A stretch of 64,000 nt of DNA from an uncultured Chlorobiaceae bacterium (GTDB taxonomy: Bacteria; Bacteroidota; Chlorobiia; Chlorobiales; Chlorobiaceae), in NCBI GenBank assembly GCA_903851385.1, contig CAINOC010000036.1:13273-77272 (forward strand), in the 5' to 3' direction. A program made the position numbers and the translations under genes. This document shows, piece after piece, positions 48,013-55,344 of this stretch; position 1 is the first letter of the stretch; each line of letters opens with the position of its first letter. Under the pieces are notes generated by a model. It had not been told where the DNA came from, made no database searches, and saw only the letters and a list, made by a program, of their open reading frames with translations.

Positions 48013-48661
48013 ATACTCCCTTCTTGCTATAGTCTTTAGCCTTATCCTCATTTCATCTGAGATATTGGTTCAAATTAGGCAGCAACCTTTTAAGGGGGCA
48101 AAACCTGACTTGCAAAGCATCATAACGCAGCACCCCCAAGGCTGGGAGTCTATACCTGGTTCATCTGTAGATCCCAGTACAAACACTCCATACGATCTGG
48201 TTGCAACTCAAATCTATAAACGTGCTGATGGCAAAGAAGCCTCTATCGTTATGACTTGGAGCTTCGACGGCTTCCACCGGGCAGGGCACGCTCAGGAAGT
48301 GTGCTATAACTCACAAGGCTTTACTGTCTCAACCCCTCGGAATAGCTCAGTGATGGTAGGAGCTCAAAAGCTTGATGTCGTTACATTTGAAGGTCGCTAT
48401 GGCGATATGACTGAAGACGTCATCTATTGGAGAGTCACCGGCGGAATACACGACGCAACACTCCAGGAAAACATCCCCATGACACAGCGATTTAAAGAAG
48501 TCCCCCGAATCCTTATCGGTGATATTCCCAGCAACCTGATGGTCCGTGTATCCACCTGGCGCCCTGCCACCGACCCACCATCCACCGTCCACATCGACTA
48601 CATCAAATCCTACCTCCAATCCGTCTCACCCAACACCCGCCACTTCCTCACCGGTCTCTAA
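47999..48661 (+). CDS. epsI: EpsI-family exosortase-associated protein
   Basis: N-terminal TM; Y...QIYKR.DG, HAQEVCYNSQGF, VIYW, LMVRVST; overlaps the exosortase 3' end. Confidence 0.8.
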   Translation: MRLTKYSLLAIVFSLILISSEILVQIRQQPFKGAKPDLQSIITQHPQGWESIPGSSVDPSTNTPYDLVATQIYKRADGKEASIVMTWSFDGFHRAGHAQEVCYNSQGFTVSTPRNSSVMVGAQKLDVVTFEGRYGDMTEDVIYWRVTGGIHDATLQENIPMTQRFKEVPRILIGDIPSNLMVRVSTWRPATDPPSTVHIDYIKSYLQSVSPNTRHFLTGL

Positions 48662-48702
48662 ACCCCATCCCCGTCATTCCCATTTCCAGCAAGGAATCCG
48701 TC

Positions 48703-48798
48703 TACATATTCCGGCCAACCTCGAACACTAATTCCGGAAAAGGTCGAACAATTTTTTACCCTGACCGGAAAAGATGTTCGATATTGCCGGAATAAGCA
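48703..48798. mobile_element. 96-bp IS21-family-like miniature element (MITE / internally deleted IS)
   Basis: Ends TACATATTCCGGC and (reverse complement) TGCTTATTCCGGC, 11 of 13 identical; repeated units ATTCCGG-N6-TCGAACA at 48708 and 48731 and an inverted copy TGTTCGA...CCGGAAT at the right end; no ORF; no clear target duplication. Confidence 0.65.
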
Positions 48799-48872
48799 AT
48801 TTTAGCGCTGAAAACAAGGGCTGAGTGTGTAATTTGCCCATTTCCATCACCCAAAAAAGCTTACAATGTGAA

Positions 48873-48953
48873 CAGTCAGCATCAAATCCTGACTTTTTTT
48901 CATTATTAACTCAGTATTTTAAACTGCCGATTGCCCACTGTCAACTGCTAACT
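48873..48953. repeat. 7-nt-period repeat arm at the right edge of the polysaccharide locus
   Basis: CAGTCAGCA at 48873-48881; ACTGCCG-ATTGCCC-ACTGTCA-ACTGCTA-ACT at 48923-48953, ending 9 nt before ATG 48963. Confidence 0.75.
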
Positions 48954-48962
48954 CTAGAGTTC

Positions 48963-49727
48963 ATGCTTCTTCTCAACAAAATCCTTCCCTTGTTCTTTCT
49001 TCCCTTAGGATTCACCCTCTTATGTTTGCTCGCTGGTCTTGTTCTGCGCAAAAGGTTATTCCTCTGGTTTGGTGTTCTCGTACTATGCCTGTTCAGTATA
49101 CCCATCGTTAGTGATGCGCTGATGCGACTGGTTGAAGGTCCGGCAAGGCGGTCACCGCTTAGTGCAGTTAATAAAGCCGATGCTATTGTGGTGCTGAGTG
49201 GAATGCTTCATCAGATTAACGGCGCTCCATTGGGTGAGTGGGGTAGGACGGTTAATAGGTTTGAAGGAGGAATCGACCTTTTCAAAGCCGGTAAAGCTCC
49301 TGTTATTGTCTTTACACGTGGCCAGCTCCCATGGCAAACTTATGGTGTTCCCGAAGGTGACTTGTTGGCCAAGAGGGCGATACTGCTTGGCGTTCCACAA
49401 CATGCGATCCGTTTAACCGAAAATGTAGGCAACACCGCTGAAGAATCAATAGCTGCCGCAAAGTTGCTCGATGTTGGGAATGGTAGCGCAAAGAGGATTA
49501 TTCTTGTCACCAGCGCCTTTCATATGCCAAGGGCTCGTTTTCTATTTGAACAGGCTGGCTTTAAGGTTATTCCTTTCAGGGTGGATTATCACGCGGCTGA
49601 TACTCATGAGTTAACGGTTTTAAATTATCTGCCCAATGGAGAGTCGCTTGCTGAATCAGAAACAGCTTTGCGTGAAATGATCGGTTGGGTCTTTTATAGG
49701 GCCAAAGGATTTCTTAAAGTACCATAA
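48963..49727 (+). CDS. YdcF/DUF218 family protein
   Basis: 2 TM helices; DAIVVLSG, NTAEES, LVTSAFHMPRA, LREMIG. Confidence 0.88.
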   Translation: MLLLNKILPLFFLPLGFTLLCLLAGLVLRKRLFLWFGVLVLCLFSIPIVSDALMRLVEGPARRSPLSAVNKADAIVVLSGMLHQINGAPLGEWGRTVNRFEGGIDLFKAGKAPVIVFTRGQLPWQTYGVPEGDLLAKRAILLGVPQHAIRLTENVGNTAEESIAAAKLLDVGNGSAKRIILVTSAFHMPRARFLFEQAGFKVIPFRVDYHAADTHELTVLNYLPNGESLAESETALREMIGWVFYRAKGFLKVP

Positions 49728-49768
49728 GGTATTTGCAAAGCCGGATTTTAACTATAAATGGATGTCTC

Positions 49769-50218
49769 ATGAAAAAGGTTCATGGTATTTTTGCGGTTTT
49801 TCTGTTACTGATACTGAACACCCCTTTATGGGCGCAAGACTACAAAAATGTTGAAGTGAGCAAGGTTCTTATTTCATCGGTCACAAGTAACGGTACTCCG
49901 CTCAAATATCTTCAAACGGCTCAACCGGAAGTAACGGTGCTTGTCGTTCGTGTTCCTCCTGGTGGCTCAACCGGCTGGCACAAGCATCCTGTGCCCGTTT
50001 ACGCCTACATGCTTGAAGGGACGCTCAACGTTGAAATTAAGGGCACTCAAACCTGTGCATTTAAAAAGGGTGATGCGATTCTTGAAGTGATGAATACCTT
50101 GCATAACGGATATAATTCAGGGAGCGAAACCGCAACTCTTGTGGTATTTTACTCTGGTGCAGTTGGTGTGCCGAATGTTGTAAAGGAAAAGGTTGAGGCA
50201 AATCCCGCCCGGCCTTGA
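49769..50218 (+). CDS. Secreted cupin-domain protein
   Basis: Signal peptide; PGGSTGWHKHP, YMLEG, EVMNTLHNG. Confidence 0.85.
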   Translation: MKKVHGIFAVFLLLILNTPLWAQDYKNVEVSKVLISSVTSNGTPLKYLQTAQPEVTVLVVRVPPGGSTGWHKHPVPVYAYMLEGTLNVEIKGTQTCAFKKGDAILEVMNTLHNGYNSGSETATLVVFYSGAVGVPNVVKEKVEANPARP

Positions 50219-50239
50219 TTGGAATATCTTTTTTAAATC

Positions 50240-51553
50240 ATGCGGGAATTAATGCCGGAAAGCAATAGAGCTGTTGGTCTTGATATAGGAACAACCAGGG
50301 TATCCATTGTGGTTGCTGAAAAAGATGAATTCGGCAAACTTAAAGTTATCGCTACAGGCTCTTCCCATTCAGATGGCCTCCGGAGAGCAACGGTTGTAAA
50401 TATCAACAAGACATTTGCCGCTATTAAAACCGCTGTTGCCGATGTAGAACGTGAGGCCTCTCTGGTGATTCACGGCGTCAATGTTGCCCTCTCAGGAGCG
50501 CATGTCCATTGTATGCAAAGTAGTTCCGAAATCAGTATCAACCAGACTAGTATTGTAAATGAGTCGGATGTACATCGGTTTCTGGAAAAGGCGATGGTCA
50601 ATATCCAGAATCTTGATGTCAATCATGAAGTGATTCATGTCATTCCACAGGAATTTATTGTTGACGATCAAGACAGGCTTCTTGATCCCATAGGTATGTC
50701 CGGAACTACCATGAGAGGCACCGTCTATATTGTGGTTGGCTTGAAAACCAGGATCCGCAATATCCGGCAGTGCGTTGAGAGAGCAGGCCTTAAGATAGGT
50801 GCACTTACCTTTAAGTCCGTTGCGTTGGGTATTGCTGTGATAAAAGAGCGTGAGAAGAAAGGTGGTGTCCTGGTTATTGATATCGGGGGAGGTACCACTG
50901 AAGTTGCGGTCTTCATTCGAGGTGCTATTCATTATTCCGAAGTGATCAACGTTGCAGCCAATGACATTACCCATGATATTGCCCATGGAGTGAAGGTCCA
51001 TGATGAGGTTGCTGAGGAGCTGAAAATTCAGTATGGCTATTCAGATACTCGATTGAGCAGAAAGGATGAGGATATTGTGATAAAAGACGGTGAGGGTCAT
51101 TCGCAAAAAACATTTCCCAGGAGTTCGCTGACTATGATTATTGAGGCTAGAATGATGGAAATCTTTGAGCTTGTTCGTGACGCAGTCATGGTCTCGGGCT
51201 ATTATGAAGAAATTAATGCTGGTGTCATTCTTACAGGTGGAGGTGCGCTGTTGCTGGGAGTGGTAGAGCTTGCTCGGCTTGTTTTTGGTCTTGACGTCCG
51301 TATCGGTTATCCGGAAGCAGTTTCAGCCGGTATCCAAGGTACTCTTTATGGCCCCATGGACGCTACGGTAATGGGTCTTGTGGCTCATGTTTATGAAAGC
51401 AATTACTCAGGGGATCATAGTTTCGCTACGGAAAGAGATGCGCCTGAGAAACTTCCCCCTGAACCGGTTGATGATATTCTTGTTGTGCAGGAACCCTGTG
51501 TCGCATGGAAAAAAGTTGTTGATGGACTTCAGGACTGGTGGGCAAAGCTATGA
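50240..51553 (+). CDS. ftsA: FtsA-like actin-fold protein (outside the dcw cluster)
   Basis: VGLDIGTT, HVIPQEFIVD, IDIGGGTT, DITHDIA, AEELK, VILTGGGA, C-terminal amphipathic helix WKKVVDGLQDWWAKL; start may be 50252. Confidence 0.85.
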   Translation: MRELMPESNRAVGLDIGTTRVSIVVAEKDEFGKLKVIATGSSHSDGLRRATVVNINKTFAAIKTAVADVEREASLVIHGVNVALSGAHVHCMQSSSEISINQTSIVNESDVHRFLEKAMVNIQNLDVNHEVIHVIPQEFIVDDQDRLLDPIGMSGTTMRGTVYIVVGLKTRIRNIRQCVERAGLKIGALTFKSVALGIAVIKEREKKGGVLVIDIGGGTTEVAVFIRGAIHYSEVINVAANDITHDIAHGVKVHDEVAEELKIQYGYSDTRLSRKDEDIVIKDGEGHSQKTFPRSSLTMIIEARMMEIFELVRDAVMVSGYYEEINAGVILTGGGALLLGVVELARLVFGLDVRIGYPEAVSAGIQGTLYGPMDATVMGLVAHVYESNYSGDHSFATERDAPEKLPPEPVDDILVVQEPCVAWKKVVDGLQDWWAKL

Positions 51554-53382
51554 AATCCATTACAGATTCAGATCTGTTTGATACTCTTCGAAAAGTGTTT
51601 GGGTTTCGTGAATTTCGCCCCAATCAGGAGCAGATAGTAAGAGCCATCCTTGAAAACAGGGATGTTTTTGCCGTTATGCCCACTGGTGGTGGTAAATCCC
51701 TCTGCCACCAGCTTCCTGCTGTTCTCCTTCCAGGTACCTGCATGGTCATCAGCCCGCTTATCTCACTGATGAAAGACCAAGTTGATGGAGCAAGGGCAAA
51801 CGGTATCCGGGCAGCGTTCCTCAACAGCTCTCTTGACCCCGAGGAGCGCGACGCTGTGATGCAGCAGCTTCTCTCAAACTCTCTTGACCTGCTCTATGTC
51901 GCCCCGGAACGGTTTGCCCTCGAAGCGTTCAAAAAAATGCTTGGCCGGGTGAACATCAGTATGGCCGTCATCGACGAGGTTCACTGTATTTCAGAGTGGG
52001 GTCACGATTTCCGGCCCGACTACCTCTCGCTTTCCTCTCTGGTAACCATGTTTCCCGATCTCCCTGTAGCCGCATTTACAGCTACAGCGACTCACCTTGT
52101 GCAGCAGAACATCCTCGATAAACTCGCACTTCGTAATCCTCTCATTGTCAGGGCCTCCTTTGACCGTCCGAATCTCTCCTACGATGTCCGGTTAAAAGAT
52201 AAAGTTGACGCCCAGCTTGTTGCACTTCTTAAGAAGAGCACAGGGAAAGCCGGTATAATCTACCGTACAAGCCGCAAAAGTGTTCATGAAACAGCAGAAA
52301 TGCTTAAGGGAAAAGGGTTTCGAGCCCTCCCTTATCACGCAGGTCTCAGTGATCATGATCGTAAACGCAATCAGGAAGCATTTATTCGCGATGAAGTGGA
52401 CGTTATTGTAGCCACCATCGCCTTCGGAATGGGTATTGACAAGTCCAATATCCGTTTCGTCATTCATGCCGACTTCCCCAAAAGTATTGAAAATTACTAT
52501 CAGGAAACCGGCAGGGCAGGACGCGATGGTGAAGCCGCACATTGTACCCTTCTTTTCTCTCCGAGTGATATCAGCAAACTGCGCTTCTTTATTGACACAA
52601 TGACGGACGAAACTGAACGCAAAAGGGCGCTTGATGCTCTTTCGAAAGTGATTTCCTTTGCCTCAACTTCAATCTGCCGTCGTCGAAGCCTGCTTGACTA
52701 TTTCGGAGAACACTACCCGCATGATAACTGCAGCTCCTGCGACATCTGTCTAGGTACCCGCGAACGGGTTGATTGCACCCGTGATGCCCAGATGCTCCTT
52801 TCAGCCATTGTCCGCACCGAAGAGAGGTTTGGAGCAATGCATATTGTCGATATCGTTCTAGGAAGCAATACCCAGAAAATCCGTGATTTTGGTCATGATC
52901 GATTGAAAACCTATGGAATCGGAAAAGGATGCAGTAAAAAATACTGGCGACAGCTCGTCGATGAGCTTCTCGCGCAAAAAGTTATCGAAAAATCAGATGG
53001 GCCCTTCCCGGCGCTCTTGCTTTTGCCGAAAGCTGTCAAGATTCTTAAGAATGAAGAGAGGGTTGAAATCGTAAAGGTCGTAGAAAAAATAAAGGCAAAG
53101 GAACAAAACAGAACTCTTGAGGCCACAGAAACACCGTATGATCAGCAGCTTTTTGAACTACTGAGGGTTCTTCGCAAAGAGATCGCTCAAGAGCAGGGAA
53201 TACCACCATATATGGTTTTTTCAGACCCTTCTCTTCATCAGATGGCATCAATTTACCCTCGGAGCGCCGACACCATGGTGACGGTTACCGGTGTTGGTGA
53301 AGTCAAACTCCAGCGCTATGGCCGTCAGTTTCTCCGCCTCATCGCACGCTACTGCACCGACCACCCTGAGCGGGCAGCATAA
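51550..53382 (+). CDS. recQ: ATP-dependent DNA helicase RecQ
   Basis: MPTGGGKSLC, DEVHCISEWGHDFRP, ATIAFGMGIDK, YYQETGRAGRDG, Zn ligands CRR...C..CD.C, RQC and one HRDC domain. Confidence 0.95.
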   Translation: MKSITDSDLFDTLRKVFGFREFRPNQEQIVRAILENRDVFAVMPTGGGKSLCHQLPAVLLPGTCMVISPLISLMKDQVDGARANGIRAAFLNSSLDPEERDAVMQQLLSNSLDLLYVAPERFALEAFKKMLGRVNISMAVIDEVHCISEWGHDFRPDYLSLSSLVTMFPDLPVAAFTATATHLVQQNILDKLALRNPLIVRASFDRPNLSYDVRLKDKVDAQLVALLKKSTGKAGIIYRTSRKSVHETAEMLKGKGFRALPYHAGLSDHDRKRNQEAFIRDEVDVIVATIAFGMGIDKSNIRFVIHADFPKSIENYYQETGRAGRDGEAAHCTLLFSPSDISKLRFFIDTMTDETERKRALDALSKVISFASTSICRRRSLLDYFGEHYPHDNCSSCDICLGTRERVDCTRDAQMLLSAIVRTEERFGAMHIVDIVLGSNTQKIRDFGHDRLKTYGIGKGCSKKYWRQLVDELLAQKVIEKSDGPFPALLLLPKAVKILKNEERVEIVKVVEKIKAKEQNRTLEATETPYDQQLFELLRVLRKEIAQEQGIPPYMVFSDPSLHQMASIYPRSADTMVTVTGVGEVKLQRYGRQFLRLIARYCTDHPERAA

Positions 53383-53471
53383 TGGTTTTGAATGCTGATA
53401 GCTTGCTGCGTATGAAATGAATGGTTTTCACTGGAAATAAATCCCAATTCATATATTAAATTGAAACGCTT

Positions 53472-53487
53472 TCATGAATATTCATGA
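53472..53487. promoter_or_regulatory. Perfect 16-bp palindrome, candidate operator
   Basis: TCATGAATATTCATGA in the recQ-DUF3127 intergenic region. Confidence 0.35.
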
Positions 53488-53554
53488 TGCCCTGTTCTGA
53501 ATGGTTTCTCATAGAACGGGGCTTTTTAGTAACAGGGTAGACGATAATAGTGTT

Positions 53555-53920
53555 ATGCAGCTTACAGCGAAACTCTCAGCAATTCTTCCTGAACAAACAG
53601 GTGCCGGAAAGAACGGTCCATGGAAAAAACAAGACATTATTGTTGAAACTGATGGGCAATACCCAAAAAAAGTCTGTATCTCTTTGTGGGGAGAGAAGTT
53701 TGACCGAAATCTTTTGAATGTTGGTAACAGGCTGACGATCTCTTTTGACATTGAAAGCAGGGAGTTCAACGGAAAATGGTACACCGATGTAAAAGCATGG
53801 AAGGTTGAGTCTGCCATTCAAACAGGTTCATCTCACTCTCAGCAGCCGGGCTCATATAAACCACCGGTTTATGAACATGAAGGCGGGAGCACCATTGTTG
53901 ACGATGATTGCCCGTTTTGA
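53555..53920 (+). CDS. DUF3127 OB-fold protein with SSB-like acidic tail
   Basis: WKKQDIIVET..QYPKKVC...WG, FDIESREFNGKWYTDVKAWK, tail VDDDCPF. Confidence 0.8.
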   Translation: MQLTAKLSAILPEQTGAGKNGPWKKQDIIVETDGQYPKKVCISLWGEKFDRNLLNVGNRLTISFDIESREFNGKWYTDVKAWKVESAIQTGSSHSQQPGSYKPPVYEHEGGSTIVDDDCPF

Positions 53921-53967
53921 GAAAAGGTTAGTTAATATTCAATTTCATTTCCCTTTTCATTATCGAC

Positions 53968-54540
53968 ATGTATTTATTTTTTGATACAGAGACAACGGGG
54001 TTGCCAAAAAACTGGCGAGCTCCTGTAACCGATTTCAACAACTGGCCAAGGCTTGTTCAGTTGGCTTATTTATATTGTGACGGTGATGGCAATACCCTGA
54101 GTTCCGGGGATTATATCATTAAGCCCGAAGGATTTGTAATTCCTGAAAGTGCTTCAGGCATTCACGGGATATCAACAGAACGGGCGAAGTTGGAAGGTGT
54201 TTTACTGCGCAATGTACTCCGGGAGTTCGAAAAGCTGGTTGGTGAAGCAGAAGTTCTTGTGGCTCACAATATGTTGTTTGATGAAAAGATTGTTGGCAGT
54301 GAACTGATCAGGGCCGGAATGCCGAACAGCTTGCTTGCAAAGAAGAAAATATGCACAATGGAAAGAGCTACTGATTTTTGTGCCATTAAAGGCCCTTACG
54401 GCAACAAGTGGCCGAAGTTGACGGAACTGCATCATACATTGTTTGCGGTGGGATTTGAAGAGGCGCATAATGCAGCTCTTGATATTCAAGCCACTGCAAA
54501 ATGTTTCTGGGAATTGAAGAAAAGAGGAGTAATCAGCTAA
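53968..54540 (+). CDS. DEDDh 3'-5' exonuclease (DnaQ-like)
   Basis: FDTETTG, VAHN..FD, AHNAALDI. Confidence 0.9.
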   Translation: MYLFFDTETTGLPKNWRAPVTDFNNWPRLVQLAYLYCDGDGNTLSSGDYIIKPEGFVIPESASGIHGISTERAKLEGVLLRNVLREFEKLVGEAEVLVAHNMLFDEKIVGSELIRAGMPNSLLAKKKICTMERATDFCAIKGPYGNKWPKLTELHHTLFAVGFEEAHNAALDIQATAKCFWELKKRGVIS

Positions 54541-54548
54541 TCTCAAAT

Positions 54549-55307
54549 ATGCGACTTTCTGGCAGGATTGCGCTCGTTACTGGAGCAGCAGGTGGAATTG
54601 GCAGGGCGGTGGCTCTTTGTTTTGCCAGTGAGGGAGCAGTTGTCATTGTAAGCGATATTAATGCTGCAGGCTGCTCTGAAACACTTCAACTCCTTGAACA
54701 GGCAGGGGGAAATGGCATCTCTGTGCTTGCTGATGTCATGCATGAAGATGAAATCCAGTCACTGTACTGCAAGATCGTAGACCGGTTTTCTAGACTTGAT
54801 ATAGTGGTAAATATTGCCGGTGGAGATTGTGAGCCGGCTGCGGGTGTCGAGGATATCGACTACGGAAAGATGAGTGCCAATCTTGATCTGAACCTTAAGT
54901 CATGTATTCTCTCTTGCCGTGAGGCCGCAAGAGTTATGAAGCCCCAGGGTTTTGGTAAGATTGTAAATATGAGTTCGCTTGTGTATCGAGGGAGCCCGAA
55001 TCAGTTTTCTTATTCTGCCGCAAAAGGCGGTATTTTCGCCTTTACACGTTCACTTGCATTGTCACTTGGTTGCTATGGCATAACGGTTAATGCACTTGCG
55101 CCAGCTCTTGTTGCAGTTCCTGCTTTTGTTAATGCTCTTGGTCTTGAACGGTGGGAGATGCTTCAGAAGGATTGCGCAGCACGATATCCCCTTGGACGGG
55201 TCGCAACACCAGACGATGTTGCCCGCTGTGCACTGTTTCTCGCTTCAGACGACGCGGCGTTTATTACAGGTCAGATACTTGAGATTTCCGGTGGAGCAAG
55301 GTTGTAG
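54549..55307 (+). CDS. Short-chain dehydrogenase/reductase
   Basis: TGAAGGIG, NIAG, YSAAK, VNALAPA, ITGQILEISGG. Confidence 0.9.
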   Translation: MRLSGRIALVTGAAGGIGRAVALCFASEGAVVIVSDINAAGCSETLQLLEQAGGNGISVLADVMHEDEIQSLYCKIVDRFSRLDIVVNIAGGDCEPAAGVEDIDYGKMSANLDLNLKSCILSCREAARVMKPQGFGKIVNMSSLVYRGSPNQFSYSAAKGGIFAFTRSLALSLGCYGITVNALAPALVAVPAFVNALGLERWEMLQKDCAARYPLGRVATPDDVARCALFLASDDAAFITGQILEISGGARL

Positions 55308-55344
55308 ATGTGAAACAGGTAAATAAAATTTCTTTATAGAGTTA

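Noticed and set aside
1-48953. Diversity-generating retroelement as the cause of the skew
   Set aside because: No reverse transcriptase, Avd or TR/VR repeat pair in the window. The skew is synonymous and affects G as well as T.
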